Below, one piece after another: positions 26,647 through 36,014 of a stretch of 64,000 bases of DNA (positions are counted from its first letter, which is position 1; each line of letters starts with the position of its first letter). The stretch covers positions 19,590 to 83,589 of the forward strand of contig JAUSES010000035.1 in the NCBI GenBank assembly GCA_030649835.1, read 5' to 3'. The notes beneath the pieces are model-generated. The model ran no database searches. It was not told the origin of the DNA and was given only the letters and a program-made list of their open reading frames with translations. A program made the position numbers and the translations under genes. Source of the stretch: a bacterium (GTDB lineage: Bacteria; Patescibacteriota; Minisyncoccia; Phycocordibacterales; UBA1550).

Positions 26647-28440
26647 ATGTGTGGAATTGTTACCATTGTAAAAAATACTGAAACTCAAGAGTTGCCTGAT
26701 ATAGACGCAATGCTTGTTTCTCTGTACAAGAGAGGTCCTGACGACCATGGCATACTTTCGTTCCCCCTCTGTACGCTTGGGCAAACTCGCTTGTCAATTA
26801 TTGATCTTTCAGGAGGTCACCAGCCGATGCGCGACAACATGCGCGATATGGCAATCACCTTCAATGGAGAAATCTATAATTATAAAGACTTGCGAAGCGA
26901 GCTTGAAGCAAAAGGGTATGTATTCACAACTAACTCTGATACAGAAGTTATTTTGAAGGCATATCAAGAATATGGTGAAGAGTGCCCAAAATACCTTGAT
27001 GGGATGTTTGCTTTTGTAATTTGGGACAATAAAGAGAAAAGACTCTTTATGGCACGAGATCATTTTGGAAAAAAACCTCTTTACTACGCGTTTGATGATG
27101 ATAAAAACTTACTAATTGCCTCAGAAATTAAAGCTCTTTTCGCCTCTGCAAAAATTATGGGCACGATTGATCACCATACAATCGATAACTATCTAGCCCT
27201 AATGTATGTCCCCCCGCACAAGACTATTTATAAAAATATTTTTGTCATTGAACCAGCTGAGCTCGCTACATATAAAGGTGGTGTATTAAGGAAGGAGAAA
27301 TATTGGCAACTTGAGTACACACCAATCAATATTTCTTATGCTGAAGCAAGAGAAAAAGTCAGAGAGCTTCTCACTAGATCTGTAGAAAGAAGAATGATTG
27401 CGGACGTAGAAATAGGCGCGTTTCTTTCTGGTGGCGTTGATTCTACCCTTGTCACGTCGATAGCACAATCTTTTTTGCATTCACCAATAAAAACATTTGC
27501 GGTAGGCTATCAAGATTATGTCAGTGAGCTTCTCTTTGCCTTGGAGGCATCAAATAAAATTGAAACTGATCACCAAACTCTTCAAGCAAAAGACGATATG
27601 GTTGAAGAACTTCAAAGTGTTATGGAGTATTTTGACGAACCACATGCTGACTCCTCTGATTTTCCACAACATTTGATTTCAAAGTTTGCGGCGAGCAAAG
27701 TAAAAGTTGCACTGTCTGGGGACGGTGCTGATGAGCTTTTCTTTGGCTACGGATGGTATACGAAACATATGAACCTATCCTATCGGGCCCATTTGTTCGA
27801 TAAATTGTTTCTTAACCCATACCAAATATATATTAAAAATATTTCAGTCTTTAGTACCGCGGAACGAAGAAAACTGTGGGGCAAAAACAAGGATTATGTT
27901 AGTGATTTCGTTCGTCCTGATATTAAAACAAGCAAACTTGACCCTATTACAAAAATAAACTTCTTTGACCTCACGACCTATCTTCCTGGGCAACTTCTTA
28001 CAAAAATAGACAGAATGGGTATGATGAACTCACTTGAGGTGCGCTCCCCTTTTCTTGACCAACATCTCGCAGAATTCGTTTACAGCCTTCCACAGAAATA
28101 TAAAACAGGAAAATATGAGGGCAAGAAAATTTTAAAAGACTTACTTGAAGAGACAATGCCGCCAGAGTTTGTAAATCGAAGAAAACAAGGTTTTGGAGCA
28201 CCTGTTACTATTTGGTTGAAGAAACCTGCGTTCAAGAAACTTGTAGAGAAAGTCTTTTTGTTTCAAGAGTCCCACGTATACCAATTTCTAGATAAGCGTG
28301 AGGTAAATAGAATCATTAACAGCTTCTACGTAACTGGCGATGATTCGTATTTTTATAAAATATGGGTTCTTTTATGCCTTGAGCTTTGGTTTGATTCACA
28401 CAAAAAATACCACAGAGACACTAGAGCTCCTCGGCAATAA
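26647..28440 (+). CDS. asnB: asparagine synthetase (glutamine-hydrolysing)-like amidotransferase
   Basis: N-terminal MCGI (class II GATase Cys2), SGGVDS PP-loop. 597 aa. Confidence 0.85.
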   Translation: MCGIVTIVKNTETQELPDIDAMLVSLYKRGPDDHGILSFPLCTLGQTRLSIIDLSGGHQPMRDNMRDMAITFNGEIYNYKDLRSELEAKGYVFTTNSDTEVILKAYQEYGEECPKYLDGMFAFVIWDNKEKRLFMARDHFGKKPLYYAFDDDKNLLIASEIKALFASAKIMGTIDHHTIDNYLALMYVPPHKTIYKNIFVIEPAELATYKGGVLRKEKYWQLEYTPINISYAEAREKVRELLTRSVERRMIADVEIGAFLSGGVDSTLVTSIAQSFLHSPIKTFAVGYQDYVSELLFALEASNKIETDHQTLQAKDDMVEELQSVMEYFDEPHADSSDFPQHLISKFAASKVKVALSGDGADELFFGYGWYTKHMNLSYRAHLFDKLFLNPYQIYIKNISVFSTAERRKLWGKNKDYVSDFVRPDIKTSKLDPITKINFFDLTTYLPGQLLTKIDRMGMMNSLEVRSPFLDQHLAEFVYSLPQKYKTGKYEGKKILKDLLEETMPPEFVNRRKQGFGAPVTIWLKKPAFKKLVEKVFLFQESHVYQFLDKREVNRIINSFYVTGDDSYFYKIWVLLCLELWFDSHKKYHRDTRAPRQ

Positions 28441-29812
28441 AAATTCTATCAAGGAAACTGCGTTTGACGGCATTCTTGTCGTAAGCAAGTTGCTCGTGGA
28501 TTTTTTCACCTGGGCGTATCCCTATTTCCTTTATGACAATATCAACATGTGGCTCAAGGCCGTGAACTCGAATGAGGTTTATCGCAAGATCAAGAATTTT
28601 TATTGGTTCACCCATATCTAAAAGAAGAATTTGTCCATTCTTTGAAATAATCCACGAGGACAGAACGAGGGAAACTGCCTCTGGTATCGACATAAAATAG
28701 CGAGTCATTTCCAAATCGGTAATGGTCACCGCAGAACGACTTCGAATCTGTTTCAAAAACTTAGGAACAATACTTCCTGATGAATTTAAAACATTCCCGA
28801 AACGAACTGCGCAAAATCGTGATTTGAGATTTTTACGTGCGTATGCTCTTACTAAAAGCTCTGCGGCTCTCTTTGTTTCCCCCATAACACATGACGGATT
28901 AACAGCTTTATCTGTTGAAATCAAAACAAAGTCTTTAATGCCATACTTTACGGTAAGGCTAAGCATGTTTTTTGTACCAAGGTAATTTGTCTTATGTGCT
29001 TCACCCTGATTGTCCTCCATTAATGGTACGTGCTTGTAAGCTGCGGCGTGTATGATTACATCAATATGCGAAAGTTTCAAAATTTCCTCGATTCTTTTTT
29101 TATCGCGAATATTTCCTATGAATGTTTTTAACTTAGGTCGTCCGTGATGATTCTTCGAGCCCAACTCCTCAAGTAGGTTGAAGATCCCCTCCTCCCATGA
29201 ATCAACTACCGTCACGGACTTTGCCTCCGAATCATAAAGCTGCCTTACAATCTCGCTTCCAATAGACCCAGCACCCCCTGTAATAAGAAAATTTTTTCCT
29301 TTCGCTTTCTTAGAAATAAGCTCTTGGTCTGATCTAACAAGTGGCCTTCCAATTAAATCGGATGGGTCAAGATCTCTAACCTGCGAAAAATGAACATCTC
29401 CCAGGATTACTGAGGAGATACTCGGTAAAACCTTGATGGGAATATTCATCGGAACGGGGAGCAATTGCGCAACTCTTGTGACAAGTGTACCACCAACTGA
29501 CGGCATAGAAATCAAAATCTGGTCAACTTTTGATTTTTTTATAATCCTCGGGATATCGTCAATTCTGCCAAGAACTCGAACTCCGTCAATTTCCTTACCT
29601 TGTTTTTTTTCATCATCATCAACAAATCCAACAGGAATGATATTTGTACCAATCTCGTTCTTTATTTGCTTAATGATTTTGCGCCCTGCATCTCCAGCGC
29701 CAACGATAAGGACGTTGTTCTTTTTTCCCCTGTCCATGTCGTCAGCAGACAACGTCTTTTTTTCACCGTCCTTCCTTGTGTTATTTTTTGAGTTTTTAGT
29801 TTTTAGATTCAT
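28421..29812 (-). CDS. polysaccharide biosynthesis protein CapD/PglF/WbpM-like (nucleotide-sugar 4,6-dehydratase)
   Basis: Two Rossmann motifs (VLIVGAGDAGRKI; FLITGGAGSIGSEIVRQL). The 3' end overlaps asnB convergently by 20 bp. Confidence 0.75.
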   Translation of the reverse strand: MNLKTKNSKNNTRKDGEKKTLSADDMDRGKKNNVLIVGAGDAGRKIIKQIKNEIGTNIIPVGFVDDDEKKQGKEIDGVRVLGRIDDIPRIIKKSKVDQILISMPSVGGTLVTRVAQLLPVPMNIPIKVLPSISSVILGDVHFSQVRDLDPSDLIGRPLVRSDQELISKKAKGKNFLITGGAGSIGSEIVRQLYDSEAKSVTVVDSWEEGIFNLLEELGSKNHHGRPKLKTFIGNIRDKKRIEEILKLSHIDVIIHAAAYKHVPLMEDNQGEAHKTNYLGTKNMLSLTVKYGIKDFVLISTDKAVNPSCVMGETKRAAELLVRAYARKNLKSRFCAVRFGNVLNSSGSIVPKFLKQIRSRSAVTITDLEMTRYFMSIPEAVSLVLSSWIISKNGQILLLDMGEPIKILDLAINLIRVHGLEPHVDIVIKEIGIRPGEKIHEQLAYDKNAVKRSFLDRIFIAEEL

Positions 29813-29896
29813 ACGTAAATACCAAGTTAATCACTGCATCATAGCACACTGAGCTGGTTTGTGAAGTCCTATAAAATATGATAAAATTTAAAAAAT

Positions 29897-31078
29897 ATGT
29901 TTAATCTCCTGTCGCGATATGTAGTAGCCTACCGCAACAAATTAACCAATAAATTTTTTGGGATCGTATCTGTTGCGCACACAGGAGAAAAGAAAAAAGG
30001 GGTGGTACTTCTTTCTTTTTTAACAGGACCATTTACCAAGGCTCCTGGGGAGTTCTATACTGACCCACATTCAAACTACTGGGTTTCAACTGAGCTCGCC
30101 ACACTATTCACAAAGCGTGGATATGATGTAGATATTATTAACTGGGATGACACTCAGTTTATTCCAAAAAAGGACTATGTGGTTTGCATTGATATGCAAT
30201 ACAACCTTGAGAGGCTCTCAGAATACCTTCCCAAAAACTGCATTAAGGTTATGCATCTTATTGCATCCTACCCTGAGTTTCAAAACAACGAGGAGCAAAA
30301 AAGGATAGATGCGGTTGAAAAAAGAAGAGGTGTGACCCTCCCCCCTGTGCGCACCAGCCCTCTTACAAGCAACCCTGGAGTGGCAGACTTTCTTGAGGGA
30401 TATGGCAACAAGACCGTTCATGGTACGTACGCCAGATTTGGTAAGGAAATTATTCCTATCCCCGTACCTATAATGGAGACGTATTCTTTTCCTGAGCATA
30501 AAAATTTTGAAACTGCGCGCAAAAATTTTCTTTGGTTTGGTGGTGGGGGTGCAATCCTGAAAGGGCTTGATCTCGTAATTGAAGCTTTTGCAGGGCTTCC
30601 ACACTTACACCTTACGATTATGGGTCCAGCCTCGTACGAAAAGGAGTTTGAGGAGATCTACGCCCATGAGCTCTCCCTCCCCAATATTATGCGCTATGGT
30701 CGCCCTCGATTTAACAGAGAGAGTGGTGAGAGTATGGTTGGAGATAAATATGTCCGTGAGGTTATGGACCAGTGTGCTGCGGTTATTGGACTTTCAGCGT
30801 CCGAAGGGGGAGGTGGGGCGGTGGTGCAGGCAATGCAAGCAGGCTTATTCCCCATCGTTACTCCACAGACAGGTATAAATGAACTCGCGCCAAGCATCGT
30901 CGTTCAAGATTTAGATATTAATAACATCCGTAGAATCATTGAGGATTTTTCAAATCTTCCGTCTGAAAAAATAGCTAGTCTTGCGCGCGATTCGTGGACG
31001 TTTGCAAAAAATAGTCATACAAAGGAGGTCTTCTCAAAAGTGTACGAAAATTTCATAGATACTAAATTAAAAATATGA
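29897..31078 (+). CDS. glycosyltransferase (GT-B fold, GT4-like)
   Basis: C-terminal E..GGGGAVVQAMQAGLFPIVTPQTG resembles the GT4 nucleotide-binding region. Confidence 0.45.
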   Translation: MFNLLSRYVVAYRNKLTNKFFGIVSVAHTGEKKKGVVLLSFLTGPFTKAPGEFYTDPHSNYWVSTELATLFTKRGYDVDIINWDDTQFIPKKDYVVCIDMQYNLERLSEYLPKNCIKVMHLIASYPEFQNNEEQKRIDAVEKRRGVTLPPVRTSPLTSNPGVADFLEGYGNKTVHGTYARFGKEIIPIPVPIMETYSFPEHKNFETARKNFLWFGGGGAILKGLDLVIEAFAGLPHLHLTIMGPASYEKEFEEIYAHELSLPNIMRYGRPRFNRESGESMVGDKYVREVMDQCAAVIGLSASEGGGGAVVQAMQAGLFPIVTPQTGINELAPSIVVQDLDINNIRRIIEDFSNLPSEKIASLARDSWTFAKNSHTKEVFSKVYENFIDTKLKI

Positions 31079-31926
31079 GTCGCCCATTAATATCAGTTAT
31101 TATTCCTACGCATAGTTCAACAACATTGGACATAGCGGTGAAGTCTATTTGCAAACAAACTTATAAAAATCTTGAGATTATTATAGTAGGAGATAACCCG
31201 AAAGAAGAAACTGAAAGACTTGCTAAAGAATGCGTAGCAAGGGACTCACGTATAAAATACTATAGACTTCCCCATGATGACCCAAAACGATTTAATAAAC
31301 GCGGGCGTAATATAAACGCTGGGTATTCAGCGCGCAACTATGGTTTCGAAAAAGTAACGGGCGAATGGATAACATTTCAAGATGCCGACGATGCTTCTCT
31401 TTTGAATCGAATTGAGGTGCAATATAAACTCGCATTGCAATATAACGCAACACATCTCTGTGTTGACTGGCAACAATTTAACCCTGAGTATTTAGAGAAA
31501 GCGCTTAACGTTCAGAAAATCCTCAAGGAGCATTCTGACGCCATAATACTCCCCGAGGGGATTATCACTCTGGCAAAAAACACAAAGGGGATAATTATTC
31601 CCATCCTAGGACCACTCAATAAATATATTCCTTTTGAGTGGAAGCGTTTACGAATTATTAATAAACTTTTTTTCAAGTCTCTCGCACCCTATCCGGGTAC
31701 AGGGAATAGTCCTCTTTTTAAACGTTCCGTAGTCGAGAAGGTACGTTTTCGAGCACTTCCCAATCGCATTTGGCCATCATTTACGGGGCGTGGTGCCGAT
31801 AGGGATTTTAATTTTCAAGTCGCAGAAACATTCAAAAATAGCTATGTTTTCAAACTTCCTCTGTATCTTTGGCGACAGAATTCACAGAATGTAGAGTATG
31901 TGGGCTACAATAAATACCTAATATGA
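31075..31926 (+). CDS. family 2 glycosyltransferase
   Basis: SVIIPTHSSTT...ICKQTYKNLEIIIVGDNP, DAD motif (QDADD). Confidence 0.7.
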   Translation: MSRPLISVIIPTHSSTTLDIAVKSICKQTYKNLEIIIVGDNPKEETERLAKECVARDSRIKYYRLPHDDPKRFNKRGRNINAGYSARNYGFEKVTGEWITFQDADDASLLNRIEVQYKLALQYNATHLCVDWQQFNPEYLEKALNVQKILKEHSDAIILPEGIITLAKNTKGIIIPILGPLNKYIPFEWKRLRIINKLFFKSLAPYPGTGNSPLFKRSVVEKVRFRALPNRIWPSFTGRGADRDFNFQVAETFKNSYVFKLPLYLWRQNSQNVEYVGYNKYLI

Positions 31927-32840
31927 AATTTTCAATTGTTACGCCAGTCTATAATGGTGAAAAGTATCTAGCAGATACAATAAAAAGCGTTCTCTCTCAA
32001 GAGGGGGATTTTGAAATTGAATATATCATTCAAGATGGTGGCTCACAAGACAAAACCTTAGAGATTGCAAAATCCTATGCGGAACAGATTAACTCTGGTA
32101 AGTTTCCTATCCGTTGCAAGAAAATAACAGTCAAGTATTTTTCAGAGAAAGATAAAGGTATGTATGATGCCATTAATAAAGGGTTTGCGCGGACTACGGG
32201 AGAAGTCTGTGCGTATATCAATGCTGACGATATATATCTTCCAAATGCCTTTATGGTTGTGGCAGAAACTTTTAGAAAATTCCCTCAAATAATGTGGGTT
32301 ACAGGAGCGACACTATATGACTACGAGGACAATCGAACTGCACAGAAAATACCTATGTGCTATATTTACAATCAGGAATGGATAGCCCGAGGAGTTTATG
32401 GCCGAAACGCTTATTTTATTCACCAAGATAGTGTTTTTTGGAAAAAACAGCTTGCTGTCGAAGCTGGGAGTATCCCCTCTTACCTTCGTTATGCCGGGGA
32501 CTACTACCTATGGACCAAGTTTGCAAGGATAACTGAGCTCTGGTCCATAAACTTCCCCATAAGTCGCTTTCGCATACGAGCAGGGCAACTGAGTGCTGAT
32601 ATGACTCCCTATCGCAAGGAACAAAAAATGATCTCGGGTGAAAAAATTCCATCCTCATTTTTAATAAAAATATTTTTTTCTTTGCGGAATATCTTTCAGC
32701 AAAAATGGCTACTTATATTTTTTAAAATAATTTATCGTAGTATATTTTTTAAAAGAAACAAACAATATATTGGAATTAAAAACCTTGATCCAGAAATGCG
32801 TACTGCAGAATATTATGAGCTACCAATAGAAAACCTATGA
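31923..32840 (+). CDS. family 2 glycosyltransferase
   Basis: FSIVTPVYNGEKYLADTIKSVLSQ...NADD. Confidence 0.7.
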   Translation: MKFSIVTPVYNGEKYLADTIKSVLSQEGDFEIEYIIQDGGSQDKTLEIAKSYAEQINSGKFPIRCKKITVKYFSEKDKGMYDAINKGFARTTGEVCAYINADDIYLPNAFMVVAETFRKFPQIMWVTGATLYDYEDNRTAQKIPMCYIYNQEWIARGVYGRNAYFIHQDSVFWKKQLAVEAGSIPSYLRYAGDYYLWTKFARITELWSINFPISRFRIRAGQLSADMTPYRKEQKMISGEKIPSSFLIKIFFSLRNIFQQKWLLIFFKIIYRSIFFKRNKQYIGIKNLDPEMRTAEYYELPIENL

Positions 32841-33649
32841 ATAATATCTTGAAAAAAATAAAGCAGATACTATACGGTCGAAAACTATTTCAGGTATTTT
32901 TTGAGTCTCTCTATCGTATCTCCCTATACGGAATGAACATAGGGAGTGGTGGAGATGTTTCGACAAGCGGTGAAATGCTCGTTCTTGAAAGAGCGCGGAA
33001 GTATTTTGATAAAGATACAATTATTACAATATTTGATGTTGGAGCAAATAAGGGTGAGTATGCTCGAACGATTATCGATATTTTTTTGGGGAAATCAATA
33101 AGCCTTTTTGTGTTTGAACCCTCAAAAACTGCTTTTTCTCTACTTAAAACAACTATGGCGCTCGTGCCTCACAATGTCACGCTCATAAATAAGGGCCTTG
33201 GGGAAAAGAGCGAAGTGGTACCCCTCTATTCAAACTCTCCCGGCTCAAAACTAGGAAGTATCTACGAACGTGTCGTTCCTGGAAAAGCGTTTAACGAGAA
33301 AGAAGAAATTTTTTTGACTACAATTGATGAGTTTTGTAGTGCAAATAAAATTAGCCGTATTAATTTTATTAAACTTGACATTGAGGGAAATGAATTACGA
33401 GCTCTTCATGGCGCAAAAAATATGCTGGAGGCGGGGAATATTGATATAATTCAGTTCGAATTTGGTGGCGCAAATATTGATGCACGCACATATTTTCGTG
33501 ATTTCTGGGATTTACTTTCTTCGAATTATAGATTATTTAGAGTACTTAAAGATGGGTTACAGCATATCCCCAAGTATGACGAAAAATTTGAATTATTTTC
33601 AACTACAAACTATGTTGCTATCAATAAAGAATCTGTGAAGAATTTATGA
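32837..33649 (+). CDS. FkbM-family methyltransferase
   Basis: FDVGANKGEY...FEPSKTAF...FIKLDIEGNELRAL is typical of the FkbM domain. Confidence 0.7.
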   Translation: MNNILKKIKQILYGRKLFQVFFESLYRISLYGMNIGSGGDVSTSGEMLVLERARKYFDKDTIITIFDVGANKGEYARTIIDIFLGKSISLFVFEPSKTAFSLLKTTMALVPHNVTLINKGLGEKSEVVPLYSNSPGSKLGSIYERVVPGKAFNEKEEIFLTTIDEFCSANKISRINFIKLDIEGNELRALHGAKNMLEAGNIDIIQFEFGGANIDARTYFRDFWDLLSSNYRLFRVLKDGLQHIPKYDEKFELFSTTNYVAINKESVKNL

Positions 33650-34581
33650 AAAAAGCAATAATTTTAAGCGCAGATGGCAATGAACTCGCCAATCAGTTAT
33701 GGAATTACGCGAGCATCTATGCGTACACGGTCGAGCGGGGTTATAAAATCGTAAACCCATCATTTTTTGAATATGGTGAATATTTCACGATGCCTGCTCC
33801 TAACTGGTTTTTTAGAATAATCTTTTATTTGCCTTTTAAAAATTATACGAAGCGAAAAACAGCTTTCCGTAGAAAGCTGTGGCGAAAACTCTACTCATGG
33901 CTCATTTATTTTTCTATGAAGATATCCGCTGATAGAATGCTTTCGTATTCGAATAAAAAAAATCTTCCTTTTTATTTACCTCCTACAGAGTCCCCGCAGG
34001 CAGAACTTTCCAGACTAGAACACGGTGAGCAGAATATTTATTTCAATGGTTGGCTTTTTAGAAATCCTATAGGTCTCGAAAAATACAGAGTTGATGTACT
34101 AAAATACTTTAAACCACGTGAGGATATTGAAACCGAAGTGCATAAGCAGATTAACAATTTGAGAGTTAGGTTTAAGAATATTGTTGGTGTTCATGTAAGA
34201 CAGGGTGACTATGTAAATTGGCGTGGCGGAGCATATTTTATCGCGCAACCGCGTGTTAGAGAAATCCTAAACGAATACTCTACTGTTTTAGGACTTAACA
34301 CCCTGGAAACGTGTTTCGTGATCACTTCTGATGGCCCTATTAATACTTCACTTTTTGCTGGGCTAAATATTTTAGTAAGTACCGGTAATGCTGTGAATGA
34401 TTTATTTTTACTTTCGTTGACCGACACAGTCGTAGGTTCAAACAGTACCTTTGGTGCCTTCGCTTCATATTATGGGAACATTCCGTTCGTAGTGATGCAA
34501 AGTACTGAAGTAGAGTGGAGCTACTACTTAAACAAAAAAAACTACTTCGAAAACAAGTATTCAACTTTTGTACACTACTAG
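33646..34581 (+). CDS. divergent GT11-like (fucosyl)transferase
   Basis: HVRQGDYVNW matches the GT11 HxRRGDY motif. The N-terminus ADGNELANQLWNYASIYAY is analogous to GGLGNQMFQYA. Confidence 0.45.
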   Translation: MKKAIILSADGNELANQLWNYASIYAYTVERGYKIVNPSFFEYGEYFTMPAPNWFFRIIFYLPFKNYTKRKTAFRRKLWRKLYSWLIYFSMKISADRMLSYSNKKNLPFYLPPTESPQAELSRLEHGEQNIYFNGWLFRNPIGLEKYRVDVLKYFKPREDIETEVHKQINNLRVRFKNIVGVHVRQGDYVNWRGGAYFIAQPRVREILNEYSTVLGLNTLETCFVITSDGPINTSLFAGLNILVSTGNAVNDLFLLSLTDTVVGSNSTFGAFASYYGNIPFVVMQSTEVEWSYYLNKKNYFENKYSTFVHY

Positions 34582-34593
34582 ATCTTTATACCC

Positions 34594-35529
34594 CTAGTCT
34601 TTTGGTTGCTTTTTTGCCCATTCTATATATCTATCAATTCCCTCCCATATCGAAATTTTCGGTATGTACCCTAAACTTTTTGCAAAGGAAATGTCTGCGG
34701 GGATCCGCATCACCTCTCCATGACGAGCTGGGCCATTTACTATTTTTGCGTCAAATTTCCTAGCCACATATTCCACGATTTCTCGGACTTGTGTACTTTT
34801 GCCACTTGCGAAATTGATTGACTTTCCTTTTAAATTACTGTTATTAAGTACTAAATAGTATGCTCGAACCGCATCATCAATATGACAATAATCCCTCTCT
34901 GCAGTGCCATCGCCAAAAATTATGAGCTCTTGACCGCGCAAAGCTCTGTCGACAATAATAGGAATGAGCGCACCAAATAGTCCGCTCTTTTGTCTTTCCC
35001 CAAAAATATTAAAGGGTCTGACAATAGTCACATCTAGGTCAAACGACCTAAAATAAGAGTAGGCAATTCTATCTGCAGCAGCCTTGGATGACGCATATGG
35101 ATTATTTGGTTTAAGTTCAGCCGTCTCATTGATAAGTCCATCCATCTTTTCATCATGTCCATCTCCATAAACTTCGCTTGTTGATGTTAGAATGAGACGA
35201 CTATTATATTTTCTACATGCCTCAAATATATTATACGTACCTAGAACATTTGCTTCGATAAAGCCGCGTGGGTCCTTCATAGACTCGTCTACATTACCAT
35301 GCCCCGCTAGATGAAATACCACCTCGTGTCCACGAACACTTTTATCAACAATTTCCTTATCGGTAACACTTCCCCAGATAAGATTTATCTTATTTATAAT
35401 ACTAGATAAATTTTTTTTTGAATTTTCAGAATATGTATTTAGTACAGAAATAGTATGCCCTTCTTTTACTAAAAACTCCGCAAGGTGACTTCCCTGGAAC
35501 CCTCCTCCTCCTGTGATTAAGATTTTCAT
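34594..35529 (-). CDS. NAD-dependent epimerase/dehydratase (GalE/UXS-like)
   Basis: MKILITGGGGFQGSHLAEFL, YASSK (YxxxK). Confidence 0.7.
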   Translation of the reverse strand: MKILITGGGGFQGSHLAEFLVKEGHTISVLNTYSENSKKNLSSIINKINLIWGSVTDKEIVDKSVRGHEVVFHLAGHGNVDESMKDPRGFIEANVLGTYNIFEACRKYNSRLILTSTSEVYGDGHDEKMDGLINETAELKPNNPYASSKAAADRIAYSYFRSFDLDVTIVRPFNIFGERQKSGLFGALIPIIVDRALRGQELIIFGDGTAERDYCHIDDAVRAYYLVLNNSNLKGKSINFASGKSTQVREIVEYVARKFDAKIVNGPARHGEVMRIPADISFAKSLGYIPKISIWEGIDRYIEWAKKQPKD

Positions 35530-35640
35530 TATCTATCAAAAATACCATTTTAAATCTATGAAAGCAACTATGCTTTTCTGTGGCATGTTTGCTAATTTTA
35601 CACTATACTATTTATTAAATAACGTGCCGACAAGAAATTT

Positions 35641-35946
35641 ATGCATACCACTAGCACGGAATCCTTTTTTGCTCGATATATACACCTCTTTCTTCTAGGA
35701 GGTGCTCTTATTTTTTCTTTCCTTGCGCTCGTTGCAGTACTAAAATTTGATAACTCACAGCTTAAGGCATTTGGGCCCACTGCTCGCGTGTACTTTGATG
35801 GGATGAAATCAGGATTATTTACTGCAACCACTATACTTTTTATTGCATTTATTTCTTCTTTAATTTTAAGAAAATATCTAGAAAAAACAGAGAATTACCT
35901 GAAATTTCTATTCTCTTCGTTTAGTACTATTAAAAAAATGGTCTGA
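35641..35946 (+). CDS. small membrane protein (two TM helices), hypothetical
   Basis: 101 aa with two hydrophobic helices. Upstream of the large membrane protein on the same strand. Confidence 0.3.
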   Translation: MHTTSTESFFARYIHLFLLGGALIFSFLALVAVLKFDNSQLKAFGPTARVYFDGMKSGLFTATTILFIAFISSLILRKYLEKTENYLKFLFSSFSTIKKMV

Positions 35947-36014
35947 TTCTTGTAGTTTGCTTTATTTTTTCCTTCGCGAGTCATTTCGGAAACATAACAA
36001 GTGGTTACTTTAAT

